A stretch of DNA of 56,452 bases, counting the filler, from Squatina squatina (lineage: Eukaryota), in assembly GCA_031763465.1 (NCBI GenBank). It is 3 parts of 3 records of this genome, joined end to end, with 100 filler letters (N's around TTAATTAATTAA, not from the genome) between each part and the next. Parts side by side here need not be neighbours in the genome. Positions count along the whole stretch, not along the records: positions 15,283 to 30,252 come from JARFOE010000016.1; positions 30,353 to 56,452 come from JARFOE010000002.1; 1 more part is not named here. The stretch is one strand, 5' to 3'. Below the pieces are notes generated by a model. The model searched no databases, was not told the origin of the DNA, and was given only the letters and a program-made list of their open reading frames with translations. Positions 23,266-35,915 of this stretch are shown piece after piece. Numbering within the stretch: position 1 is the first letter of the stretch; each line of letters begins with the position of its first letter. A program made the translations under genes and the position numbers.

Positions 23266-25335
23266 CAATGCGGCTCTGCGTTAGTTGGACATGTTTGGGG
23301 TCTGGTCGAAGACTCACAAGTCTCTTTCAGCTTCACTCTGAGCTGTTCCAACACCATTGATGGATATGAAAACTAGCTCGGGTAGAGGCCCTGGACTTAG
23401 TTGATGTTTCCCTCAATAGAGCCTCATATCTGACATACTGCTGACTTGCTGCAAAAGGCAATACAACCCACTATCCAGAACAGGAGGTGTTATTTTGTGG
23501 CCAAGGAANNNNNNNNNNNNNNNNNNNNNNNNNNNNNNNNNNNNNNNNNNNNNNNNNNNNNNNNNNNNNNNNNNNNNNNNNNNNNNNNNNNNNNNNNNNN
23601 NNNNNNNNGGTTTTGCGCCTCCACTAACTTCCGCGCAATCTCGAACCACATGCGCCCCTCGGATATGTGGGCCTCTACGCAGGCCTACACGTAGAGGCCC
23701 AGGAGCGCAAGTCTCCATGGATCCAGGACCATCGAGTAGGTGCGTACTTTTATGGTGGTTCGGAGGCACCGTTCGCAGGAAGCCTTCAACCACAAATTCA
23801 GGCCCCATATAATTGAAGCAGACAATGAAGAGCGCAAGGTGCTGTAACCTTGTGTTAAGATTAAACTCATAATGCAACATCTGCTCCAGTGGTAGATTTT
23901 CTAACAGTGCGCAATTTGCATATGATGCAGATAAGCTTGTTGCTGCTCTTAGTTGCTAACAGAATTCTCCATCATGCTTCTCTGCAGACTCTGTGGTAAG
24001 CTTAATGAAATCAAAGAAACAGCAGGTGATACTTCCTGTAAGTATTTATGTATCAGATCAACTAAGCACTTATTCATCTGGAACTGTATATTCTAGATTT
24101 TGGGTGATGAGATTTAAGATGACATGACACTCAAGCATAATATAACAGCAATATTCCTCTGGTGTAAAGGTGTAAAGTTCAAATTGTTCCTTTTTGTTGT
24201 ATTTCAGCAATCAGCTAAAATGCCATTGATCCTCGAGCTTTGTTGGTTTTCTACCAGGTCATTGCACTTTGTGCCTGAATTTTCAAATGGTTCACTCCTT
24301 GCTCCCACCCCCACCCGTTGACTTATTTTCAGGAGCAGCTGGAAATAATCAATGTTACCCGCAAGCTTGTTGCAACAGTATGACGTCCCATTAGTGTCAT
24401 ATCAGGTGGTGACAGTAAAGTCAGGGACTGACAGGCAAGCATAAGTTTTCCATTTGCTCTGAGGCCACGTGCAAGAGTTGAGACATTTGGGATGGAGCTG
24501 TCTGGGAACAAGAATTCAGGGCTGGAATCTCCATAAGTTGTGAAAAGGAGCGAGACTAAACTAATGGCTGAGAATTGATCTTAGTCAGAACTGGAATATC
24601 AGGACTTCCCAGCTGGATGTTACCCTTAAATAGAAGGTGCATGGTGTCAAATTGAGCAGTTTCTGTCGATGTCTCTACTGTCTATCAGTCATCTCATTGT
24701 CTCAGGTGGGGTTTATCACTTCAAGCATGATGGGGGCCTGGTGCTGACAGTGATTCTGATTGGCTTACTATAGTTCAAGCTGAANNNNNNNNNNNNNNNN
24801 NNNNNNNNNNNNNNNNNNNNNNNNNNNNNNNNNNNNNNNNNNNNNNNNNNNNNNNNNNNNNNNNNNNNNNNNNNNNNNNNNNNNACCGAGATATTTTACA
24901 AGTAACCCACACTTTTTGGCCTTTGACAATCAGTCGACACCAATTATGGAAAAGTCTATGACCAGCCCAATTATGACAACGGACTGACATGCAAACACCA
25001 CAAGGTCTGAGAAAGGTCTTTAGATGTCTGCCTATTGTCAATTTTCTGTTCAGGTCCTGCCCAGTTTTAGCCTCTCTCACACATCACCACCGCCCTATTA
25101 TGTGACTATCTCACCACATCACTCTCTAACATATTCGCTGGCTCACCGTCAACAATGCCCTAGTTTTATCAAATTTTCTTCCAAAGTGCAGTGAAATTCT
25201 ACTTCAATGCATAAACCACAGATCTGCATCTCATAACTAGATCACATTCTTCACAGCCTGGTACTGGTCGGCATCGTACACATAGTTAATGGGCAAATTC
25301 CAGAGTACTGTGTGCGCTACATTAAGCTTACTTAC

Positions 25336-25572
25336 TTGCTACAGTATCTTGATATGAAGGTGGTTGTCCAGAATATGGAGTTGGATATGGTGGTGGATAG
25401 GGGCCACTTCCAGGATAGGGACCACTTGCAGGATAGGGACCTATAGGTGGTGCTGGCTGAATCGGCATAGGAGTATATCCTTGGTACGGAACAAAACCTT
25501 GTGCTGGTACTTGAGGTTGTTGTGGATATGCAGACTGTACCACTGTAGTTGTAGTTGAACTTGTAACAACAG
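25336..25572 (-). CDS. SHISA5: SHISA5 (scotin) internal exon, proline-rich cytoplasmic tail
   Basis: ttctctttag|CT...GCA A|gtaagt; 237 nt, phase 1/1; VVTSSTTTTVVQSAYPQQPQ...YQGYTPMPIQP...YPPPYP...PPSYQDTVA. Matches recalled human SHISA5 (VVTTTTSTTVVHAPYPQPP...YQGYHTMPPQP...YPPPYP...PPAYHETLA). Confidence 0.8.
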
Positions 25573-25734
25573 CTAAAGAGAATGAGGAGACAAAATCATC
25601 AGTTAGTTCATTAAAACTAAAATTAAGCTTTTTTCATCAAATTTGTAAAGAAATCATCACTATGGGATAAAGAATAGTACTCTGAATGTAAAATACTCCT
25701 CCCAAAAATAAAGACAGCGAGGCTGGGACATAGG

Positions 25735-25944
25735 CTGCTGATGACACTGATCGCCAAAGAGATCAATCTGGTCGGTTCTTTCCGTTTCACCCACGACTTC
25801 AACACGGCGGTTGACTGGCTGGCACGCGGCGTGGTCAATCCGCTGCCGCTGTTCATCGGGGAGTATGACTTACAGGATATCGACGCGGCGCTGCAGTTTG
25901 CCGGTGATAAAACCCGGGCGGCGAAAGTCCAGTTAACGTTTTAA
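25735..25944 (+). CDS. idnD: Bacterial L-idonate 5-dehydrogenase-like C-terminal fragment (contaminant chimera or horizontal insert)
   Basis: MTLIAKEINLVGSFRFTHDFNTAVDWLARGVVNPLPLFIGEYDLQDIDAALQFAGDKTRAAKVQLTF* aligns without gaps to the recalled E. coli IdnD C-terminus (MTLIGKEISLRGSFRFTSEFNTAVSWLANGVINPLPLL...ALRFAGDKTQAAKVQLVF). Enterobacterial codon usage and about 21 CpGs in 204 nt. Confidence 0.85.
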   Translation: MLMTLIAKEINLVGSFRFTHDFNTAVDWLARGVVNPLPLFIGEYDLQDIDAALQFAGDKTRAAKVQLTF

Positions 25945-25957
25945 GGAGTCAGTTATG
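25944..25957 (+). promoter_or_regulatory. Bacterial Shine-Dalgarno site and start codon of the next operon gene
   Basis: Stop TAA (25942-25944) overlaps AGGAG (25944-25948), then 6 nt, then ATG (25955-25957). Confidence 0.7.
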
Positions 25958-28134
25958 ATGTTGTAGAAGCAGCTGTCAATGGAACAGTAAGTTCTGGTTG
26001 GTGCAAAGTTACCTTCGAGTATTGGTTTTATTAATTATTATTTTATAGTTGGACATCAATCGGTTCACACCCACTTTATTCACAGAATNNNNNNNNNNNN
26101 NNNNNNNNNNNNNNNNNNNNNNNNNNNNNNNNNNNNNNNNNNNNNNNNNNNNNNNNNNNNNNNNNNNNNNNNNNNNNNNNNNNNNNNNTGATGTGTGGGG
26201 GTGGGGGGGTGGGGGGAATCCAACTCACGGAGTAGGGAAGCAAAGAGACAACGTTCCAGATTTCTACTACCCTTTTTGTGAAAAGGTGCTTCCTGATTTT
26301 GCTCCTGAATAGCCTAGCTATTAAGTTTCTGTCCCTTGTTCTTGAAGTAGCTTCTCCCTATCAAATCCTTTAACATTTTTAAATACCTCAGAGCAGTCAC
26401 CTCTTAATCTTCTATATTCAAGGATTACAAACTGCAATCTTCCCTCTCGATTTAACCCTCTAAACCCCACTAGTATTCTGATGGCTTTCTTTTTGCCAAA
26501 TTGATGGTTTTAATTTAATGTTGTTTATTGTACTTGACACTCCTTTAGAAAGGAGTTATTAAATGTGAAGCATCATGAAACTTGGTAGCTTAAATAGATT
26601 GTACATTGCACAGACGAAGAACTGCACTTCCTGTTAATGCCAGGCCTTCCTTGCTGCTGTTGCTGACTAAGTGCAGTATCAACCAGTGCCTGTTTCTGCA
26701 ATAGTAACTGCAGGCCACCAACTCGAGAGTTGAATTGCCATTATTGAAATTAGATAGAGCTAGGTTCTGACCTGTGTTTTGATGTAAGTTAACTGACTTA
26801 TTATTATATAATGTTTCTAAGGATATCATTTCTCAGTTGCCACACCTCTGTTTTCCTTTTTATTTCCTGATATGCGCCAGCTGTTGGCAGCAGGTGGATT
26901 ATCTGCTCTCAAACTGCCTTTTAATTCTGCTTTGAACTAGTTGCTAGGAGGTGCAAAGAGGAGCTCGGGATTGCTTTCCCTTTAGCTTGGTAAATTCCCC
27001 ACAGTAACAAAACTGACATTCGGAGCTCATATGGTGTAAAATCAAACCTGTTGTCTTATCTGCAGATATGGGCATCATTTTATTTTTAAAATGAGTAGTT
27101 GTAAACTTTGTCAATGTTTTCCCAACATTAAGTCATGCAGTGTGCCAGTAATTTTTTTTAGTTTGTATTTTGGAGACTGATGGGATATTTCTGCCAGCCT
27201 AATTCTTCTAACAGAAGCCTTTGCAAAACCTCTTTGCACCATTGTCTCCGTGCATGAAGAGATGTTGATGTCAGAACCAGCTGTCCCATTCCGGAGCCTT
27301 ATTTAGAAGCTCTGGGCAGTAGCCATTTCAGGTTATAGCATGCATACCCGAGCTTAAAGCTACGCATTTTCTTTTTTTGTGAGGAGCTTATTCGGAGAAC
27401 AATAACCATGAACTTTTTGAGGTGTGGGTTTGCTGGTCAGTATCTGAAATACCAGTCGAACACTTTGTTCAGGTGGGTTTACTTTTGAGAACTATTCAGT
27501 TTTATTTGAGTTTTTGCATTTATTTTGGGTTGAGCAACCTACAGTGCCACTTATTTCTTCATTTAAAAAAAAACATTTTTGTGCATGCATTTCTCCTTTT
27601 TATACAGCAGCTAGGTTTGTGTCCTGTATTTCAGGAAATTCAGTCGTATCAGTTTGAAACTAGAGTTTCAAGACTTAATTTGGGGGTGGTGGGGGAGATT
27701 TGATACTCTGTCTAATATGGGTTGATTGGCACATGCATTAACTCTACAGGTAGCTCAGTGAAAACAAATTTCTATAAATGCAACTTGTAGAAAGTAATAC
27801 TGTATGTTGTAAAAGGCTATGATCAGATTGTTCCAAAGAGCAGACATTAATGCATAAAGTCTGGATCCTTTGAACATGATGGAGCAGAGCATCTCAGTAT
27901 ATGCCGTTTGTTAGATTTTCTCCCGCACACCTCAATGCAAAAACACTTTTTTGTGCGGTTACTTGCTGGAAGTGGAAGAAGATAACGATGAGGGGAACGG
28001 AGCATCTTGGACCTTTAGTGAACGAAGGGGCAAACCGTACATCTCCTTATCGATCTTGCTCAGTAGACCATTCCACGTATTAACCTTAGTATGACGTGCT
28101 TGCTAATATTGGTTCCAAACTTGCAGTTTTGATC

Positions 28135-28520
28135 AACTTTTTAATCTAGAGCAACGTAGAAAAGTGTCCCAATCCGCTTCCCAGGATTTGACACCGAGTT
28201 ACAGGAGGCGATATTAGGGCAGATGGTCAAAAAGGTAGGTTTTAAGGAGCATCTTAAAGGAGGCAGAAAGGTTTAGGGAGGGTATTTCTGAGCTTGATGC
28301 CTTGGCAGCTGAAGGCACGGCCACAAATAGTGGAGCGATTAAAATTGGGGATGTGCAAGAGGGCAGAATTGGAGAAGTGCAGATATCTTGAAGGTTGTGG
28401 GGCAAGGCCAGGTGAGAATTTTAAAATCGAGGTATTTCTTCACTGGGAGCCAACGTAGGTCAGCGAGCACAGGTGACTGGGGGAATGGGACTTCTGGATG
28501 ACCAAGTTTATGGAGGGTTT
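28135..28520 (-). mobile_element. L2-type LINE 3' fragment
   Basis: Minus strand reads ...PLNLSASFKMLLKTYLFD, a typical L2 ORF2 C-terminus, followed by the tail. Confidence 0.65.
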
Positions 28521-30082
28521 ATTTTCTAATCTTTTCCTTATTGCCCTGTAATGAGAAATCTAGCCTGTTTCCATATCTAGATTCAGGCCCTCAAGTTGAT
28601 TTTAAAGCACAAGGTACAATTCCTGTGCTTTAATTTCTTCCTTTCTCTTTCCCATTCCTATGTGTGATTTTTATCTTTGGTTATGATGAGTAATAGTTTG
28701 TGTTCCTCTCTGTAATATATTAAAGTAAGTCAACTTCAGGTTTACATTGGGTCCTAATCTGCTGCAGGAGTGAATCTCCTGGTGTCTGCCATTAGTTAGA
28801 CTTGCCCCTCACTCAGCTGTATGAGCATGTTTAAAATAACAGACTTCAATGTGATTCCAGTTCAAACCTTGTGACTTGGTTCTAAAAGGCATAGCTGCAG
28901 CAAACCGAATCACTATAGCTCAGTAATAAGAGGTGGAGATAATTTTTGTTTTGAATGGGTTCATTTTGGGCAACACATGGGGTGGGGGGAAATATAATTC
29001 TCAAGACTATGCCATAATGTTTTAAATCTGTTTTGCTATGAACACTACAATATTTGTCATTCATATTTGGCATAGTTCCTAAAGCATTTCATTTGGTTTA
29101 CATAATTACTTCAAATATTAAGATTAGATTTTTAATTTTTTTTTGTGGCAAATTGCTGAAAGTGCAAACTGATAATGTCACAGCGAGGGAAACCGGACAT
29201 CTGGGACCTGAGTGAACAGGGGAAGTAACTGTGTATCTCCTTAACTAATCAGATTGAAGAACTGTGAAATTAACAGCACAAGGACTGAGAAGGAAGTAAA
29301 AATTAGAGTGGTTGAATTCAATGCCAAATCAGAATGCCAGAAGGACAAATGGATGAAAGAAAAATTGGATTGGGAGAGAAAAGGCACAATGGAAAAATAA
29401 TTTTAAAAATGTTTTTAAAATCTCCAACAATTGAAACCTGAAGGAATGAGATGCCACACTTGTAATAGTTAATTTTCAATGTCCGAAAGTTTGTTTAGTA
29501 GTAATTAACACTTATCACGTTGTTGTTAAAAGGGTACTTGGACTGAAATGAACCAGACTTAACTTCTGTGGTGAGTTCAGTTCCTATCTACCATGCAAAT
29601 ACAGCAACTTCAGACCATTCAATGGTGAACCAGACAACAAGGTGCAGATTTCAGGGAGCGAACAACAACTTTTAGGTTTCCGCACATCTGCCCTTGTTGG
29701 ACGTTGCTGTGTAACATTTGCACATAAATAACAGCAAACGCCATTAGTGTCACCATTATTTTGACAGCAAGTTATGGGCCAAGGTGTATGCACAGCATTT
29801 TCAGAAACACTTGAATGTTTTAAACTACAAAAGTAATTTTTACATCCTAAATAAATTTGTAAACTGTTGCCATAATGATTGTGAATTTTACTTGGACAGG
29901 AGGAGTGAAGTATAATCTTCTTGGTCGATGTATTTAAAACCCGAAGTGTTGCAATTGTGCGACTTTTCCATGAATCTAATACCATGTGGGTGTTTCCTAT
30001 CCAGGATGACTAGTTAACCTTTGTTTCATTGAACACGACTTCATACCAAACAATTTTCTTTCCCTATAGTTTAAGAACTACA

Positions 30083-30252
30083 ATGGAGGCTGTTGTTCGT
30101 CGCTGCCCATTCCTTTCACGTGTATCTCAGACTTTTCTTCAGAAGGCTGGCAAGTCCCTGATCTATTATGCACAACACTGCCCTGTTATGATGATGAAGG
30201 CAGGAGCCAAGCCTGTAGTGCGTACTGTAACCACCTCTGCTGCTCGCTGTCA
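30083..30252 (+). CDS. ALAS1: 5-aminolevulinate synthase 1, first coding exon (mitochondrial presequence), cut by the scaffold end
   Basis: Acceptor ttttctttccctatag| at 30069; acaATGg; [37 protein letters not shown] versus recalled human [37 protein letters not shown]; two Cys-Pro heme-regulatory motifs. Confidence 0.93.
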
Positions 30253-30352
30253 NNNNNNNNNNNNNNNNNNNNNNNNNNNNNNNNNNNNNNNNNNNNTTAA
30301 TTAATTAANNNNNNNNNNNNNNNNNNNNNNNNNNNNNNNNNNNNNNNNNNNN
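30253..30352. other. Artificial scaffold-joining spacer (N44 + TTAATTAATTAA + N44)
   Basis: Identical to the spacer at 15183; 12-mer at 30297-30308. Confidence 0.97.
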
Positions 30353-30885
30353 ACATTCCCGCACCTCACCATCCAAGAGTTTGTAGCTGCACTCGCACAA
30401 TTCCTGACTCCAGATCCCGGGGACATCCGAAAACTCCTCAGTGAAGCCCACAGTGAGGAAGATGGGCGATTTGAGATATTTCTCCGTTTTGTTGCTGGTC
30501 TCACCTCCCCACAGGCAGCTCGGCCCCTGGGGGAGTTTCTGGGTCCATTTCTTCATCAAACCACCTGCCGAGTGATTGACTGGGTGAAGGAGAAGGTTGA
30601 AGGACAGATTAGAAACACGTCCAGTGAAACTGGGAAAAGGAAACTTCTGAACACTTTGCATTACCTGTTTGAGTCTCAGAATAACCTACTGGTACAGAAG
30701 ACAGTTGGGTCTGTGGAAAAACTTAGCTTAATTGGTTTGCGACTGACCCCGATTGACTGTGCGGTCCTATCTCATGCCATTGGACTCTGCGATACAATAA
30801 AACATCTCGATTTACGGGAGTGCTACATTCAGTGCGAAGGACTCCAGCGGCTGGGACCCATACTGCACAAATGCCAGGAGTTGAG
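30353..30885 (+). CDS. NLR (NACHT-LRR, NLRP3-like) large exon, 3' part: winged helix, HD2 and start of LRR
   Basis: Open frame TFPHLTIQEFVAAL...GRFEIFLRFVAGL...LLNTLHYLFESQN...LTPIDCAVLSHAI...HKCQELR, ending AG|gtaac. FxHLTIQEF and FLRFxxGL are NACHT-associated motifs. Confidence 0.92.
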
Positions 30886-32351
30886 GTAACAGTTTATTTG
30901 TATTTAATGTTGGGCAAATTTAGAACAGGCACGGATTGTGTTGTTGCTCCGTAATAGAGGGAAAAAATCAAATTATTCAAACCACCCAGAAGCATTCAAC
31001 ACAAATATGGCAATAACATGAGGATCAGTTTGTAAGGACTGCAGTATCTCTGCTTCTTCTGATTAAGTGAAGAATTTTCAGTCTTTATTGGATCAGCAAA
31101 TGCTGGTCACTGAAAGTATCTGGCAATTTAATACAAATACATCATATTTGTTGCTGTATTTTTCACTGCCTTAGCAGCGTCCCTTGAGAAGGCTCGATCT
31201 GCAGCAGTCTGTGTGTAGGAGCATCCTACCCTCTTCCCGAGATGTAGGGGCAAGCGACAGTCACAGGGCTGTCCACATGTGTAGGAGAGAGAAGCAGAAA
31301 TACCAAACGTTGAGTAACCCAGAGAAACACAGCTTTCGTGCAGTGAACCACCAGTGGGCGAGCTGAGCTTTCCCCACAGGGCGCCGTTACATTATCTTAA
31401 CTCATCAATGAGACAGCCTGTCACACTCTCCAATGCATCCACCACCTCTTCGCCCAGCTGGCACCACTCGCACCTCTGAGTCAGAAGGTTATAGATTCAG
31501 GCCTTTTGCTCGTAATCAAGGCCAACACGTCAGTGAGATTTGGGGAGCTAAAATCTGCCGGTATAAACGTTCCAATTTAACAGGTTGTGGGGTATTAGCC
31601 CCAGAGTACAGACAAACACCGGTCTGCGGTGGGGCCTCGGTAAACCGGGGCAGTGAACCCAGGAGTTCCCATAATTCGCCCCATGTGAGGCTCCGCTCAG
31701 GGAGGGAACTTCCTAAAATTCCCCAAAAACTGTCGGGCCAGTAACTCCTCAAATAAATGTAGAGCCAATTTAATGGGGAATAAAGTGAGAGACTCCACTC
31801 CTGTATAAACTAGGAGCACAGGGACATTTAAAACTTGTAACGGGACAGAATAAACTCTCCTTGTTACATAAAATCCTGGAGGATGGATTTCAGAGCAGCA
31901 GTTAGCGCCATTTCACAATATAAGTCACCCAAGATATACAGATTAATATAACGCACAGAGTATAAAACACAGGGAAACACCGCTTTATCATTTCCTTCTG
32001 TGAAAATCGCCCCATTCCCATAAAATCTGGAATATACGGAGCAGCAGAAATAATGACGTGTCTGGTCACTGAGCTCCAGTAGGGTAATTCTGATCATCAC
32101 AGAATGAGACCGAACTGAGGGACATTTAAAGGCTTCACACAGGCAGCACTTTATTTAACAAATATATTTACTGACCATCCTTGAATATATGGGGAATTGG
32201 CCAGAGTGACTTTCATTGCCAGTGACTTGAAAACCTGTTCATTAATTTCCTAAAGTATTTTTCAGTGTTTCCTGTAATATCCAAGAGAAAATTGTATCAG
32301 ATCCGGGGTTTGATTCAGTTTGTTTCTCACTCTCTGTTTGTTTGTGTTCAG

Positions 32352-32438
32352 ACTGGGGAGCAATAAACTGGGAAATTCAGGAATGAAACTACTGTCTGCG
32401 GCTCTGAGTAACCCGGACTGTAAAATACAGGAACTGGA
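32352..32438 (+). CDS. NLR ribonuclease-inhibitor-type LRR exon (87 nt)
   Basis: tttgtgttcag|A CTG...CTG GA|gtaagt; phase 2/2, compatible with the previous exon; LGSNKLGNSGMKLLSAALSNPDCKIQEL. Confidence 0.9.
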
Positions 32439-32499
32439 GTAAGTACCAGATTGTGAGAGATTGTGTTTATAATAACTGGCTGTCTAACACTGCATATTA

Positions 32500-32612
32500 T
32501 TAGAATCATAGGAACATAGAAACATCGATAATAGGAGGAGGAGTAGGCCATTTGGCCCTTCGAGCCTGCTCCGCCATTCAATATGATCATGGCTGATCAT
32601 CCAAATTCAGTA
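32500..32612 (-). mobile_element. Young CR1/HE1-type 3' tail at a contig end
   Basis: Same sequence family as 15055-15182. Confidence 0.85.
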
Positions 32613-32712
32613 NNNNNNNNNNNNNNNNNNNNNNNNNNNNNNNNNNNNNNNNNNNNNNNNNNNNNNNNNNNNNNNNNNNNNNNNNNNNNNNNNNNNNNNN
32701 NNNNNNNNNNNN

Positions 32713-35700
32713 CACACCCCACAGACAAAGCCCTGCACACCACTGACACAGCCCCACATCACACTGTCACAGCCTCACATCACACAGACCCAGCCCCGCA
32801 TCACACTGACACAGCCCCACATCAGCCTGTCACAGCCTCACATCACACTGTCACAGCCTCACATCACACTGACACAGCCGCACATCACACTGACACAGCC
32901 CCACACACCCACACCCCACAGACTGAGCCCTGCACAGCACTGACACAGCCTCACATCACACTGACACAGCCCCACATCACACTGACACAGCCCCACATCA
33001 CACTGTCACAGCCTCACATCACACTGACACAGCCGCACATCACACTGACCCAGCCCCGCACCCACACCCCAGTGACACAGCCCCGCATCACACTGACCCA
33101 ACCCCGCATCCCACTGATGCAACCCTGCAACAACACCCGACTAAACTGTGCCGGCACCTTACTGATCCCGCACTGCACCAACACACCACTGAAACTATCA
33201 ACACGGATTCCCAACTGACCCAGCCCCACACCTCACTGATGCAGTCCACATCAAAACGACCCAGCCTCACACCCCACTGATCCCGACCTGCACCGAGACA
33301 CCACTCAACCGCTCGACACAGACACCAAACTGATCCAGCCCCAAACCCCAATGTCCCAAACAAAAAGCCCACTGACCCAGCCCCACACTAACTGACCCAG
33401 GCCTGAACCACACTTACCCAGCCTCACACCCCTCTGACACATCCACACACAGCACTGACCCAGCCCCACACCCACTGACCCAGCACCACACCCAGTGTCT
33501 CATCCCCCACCCCACTGATCCAACCCCACACCAACTGGCCCAGCCCCACACCCCACTCACACTGTGCTACACAGATACGCCATTGATCCACCTCCACGCA
33601 GCACTGATCCAGCTCCACAACGCACTGACCCTGTCCTACACACCACTGATCCAGCCCCACACCCACTGTCCCATCCCCACACCCACTGGCCATGCCCCAC
33701 ACCTCACTGTCCCATCCCCACACAGCACTGACCCAGTCCCACACCCCACTGACCCTGTTCTACACAGATACCCCACTGATCCAACCCCGTACCCCACTGA
33801 CACAGCCTTACACAGACTCCCCACTGACCCAACCCCACAACCCACTGACCCTGCCCTACACAGGTACCCCACAGATCCAGCCCCACACCCCACTGACCCT
33901 GTCCTACACAGATACCCCACTGATACAGCCCCACACCCCACTGTCCCATCCTCACACAGCACTGACCCAACCCCACATCCCACTGACCCTGCCCTACACA
34001 GGTAACCCACTGATCCAACCCCACACCCCACGGACCCTCTCCTACAGAGATACCCCACTGATCCAACCCCACACTCCACTGACACTGCTTTACACAGACT
34101 GCTCACTGATCCCACCCCACACCCCACTGACCCTGTCATACAGAGGTACCCCACTGATCCAACGCCACACCGCACTGACCCGTCCTACACAGACTCCCCA
34201 CTGATCCAACCCCACACCCCACTGAACCTGTCCTACACAGACTCCCCACTGATCCAACCCTACACCCCGCTGAACCTGTCCTACACAGATACCCCACTGA
34301 TCCAACACTACACTCCACTGAACCTGTCCTACACAGATACCCCACTGATCCAAAACCACACCCCACTGAACCTGTCCTACACAGGTACACCACCTTTCCA
34401 ACCCCACACCCCAGTGACCCTGTCCTACACAGGTACCTCACTGACCCAACACCACACCCCACTGAACCTGTCCTACACAGGTACCCCATTGACCCAACCC
34501 CACACCCCACTGAACCTGTCCTACACAGGTATCTCACTGATCCAACCCCACACCCCACTGAACCTGTCCTACAGAGATACCTTCCTGATCCAACCCCACA
34601 ACCCACAGACACTGCCTTACACAGACTCCCCACTGACCCCACCCCAAACCACCCTGACCCTGAGCTACACAGAGTCCCCACTGACACAACCCCAGACCCT
34701 ACTGACACTGTCTTACAGAGACTTCCCACTGACCCAACCCCACACACCACTGACACTGCCTTACACAGATTCCCCACTGACCCAACCCCAGACCCTACTG
34801 ACACTGCCTTACACAGACTCCCCACTGATCCAACCCCAGACTCTACTGACACTGCCTTACACAGACTCCCCACTGACCCAACCCCACACACCACCGACAC
34901 TGCCTTACACAGATTCCCCACTGACCCAACCCCACACCCCACACCCCACAGACACTGCCTTACACAGATTCCCCACTGACCCAACCTCACACCCCACTGA
35001 CACTGCCTTACACAGATTCCCCACTGACCCAACCCCACACCCCACAGACACTGCCTTACACAGATTCCCCACTGACCCAACCCCACACCCCACCGACACT
35101 GCCTTACACAGATTCCCCACTGATCCAACCCCACACCCCACTGACACTGCCTTACACAGATTCCCCACTGACCCACCCCACACCCCACAGACACTGCCTT
35201 ACACAGGTACCCCACTGACCCACCCCACACCTCACAGACACTGCCTTACACAGATTCCCCACTGATCCAACCCCACACCCCACTGACACTGGCTTACAAA
35301 GACTCCCCACTGATCCAACCACACACCCCACTGACACTGACTTACACAGACTCCCCACTGACACTGCCTTACACAGACTCCCCACTGATCCAGCCCCACA
35401 CCCCACTGACACTGCCTTACACAGAGTCCCCACTGACCTGGCCCTACACCCACTGACACTGCCTTACAGAGACTCCCCACTGACTCCAGTCCACACCCCA
35501 CTGACACTGCCTTACACAGACTCCCCACTGACCCAAACCCACACCTCACAGACACTGCCTTGCACAGACTCCCCACTGACCCAACCCCACACCCCACTGA
35601 CACTGCCTTACACAGTCTCCCCACTGACCCAACCCCACACCCCACTGACACTGCCTTACACAGACTCCCCACTGACCCAAACCCACACCTCACAGACACT

Positions 35701-35915
35701 GCCTTACACAGACTCCCCACTGACCCAAACCCACACCCCACTGACACTGCCTTACACAGATTCCCCACTGATCCAGCCCCACACCCCAATAACAATGCAT
35801 CACAGAGACTCCCCACTGACACCAGCCCACACCCCACTGACACTGCCTGACACAGACTCCCCATTGATCCAACCCCACATCCCACTGACACTGCCTTACA
35901 CAGATTCCCCACTGA
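32713..35915. repeat. C/A-rich minisatellite with 21-bp units grading into 48-bp units
   Basis: Units cacactgacacagccccacat, then ccccactgacccaaccccacaccccactgacactgccttacacagact; 7-aa and 16-aa periodicities in the ORF track. Confidence 0.95.

Noticed and set aside
23988-24376. Possible short exons (LCGKLNEIKETAGDTS; EQLEIINVTRKLVAT)
   Set aside because: Splice-like signals are present but the phases do not join and I recognise no protein.
30083-30885. ALAS1-NLR fusion or tight linkage
   Set aside because: The two are separated by the artificial scaffold spacer.
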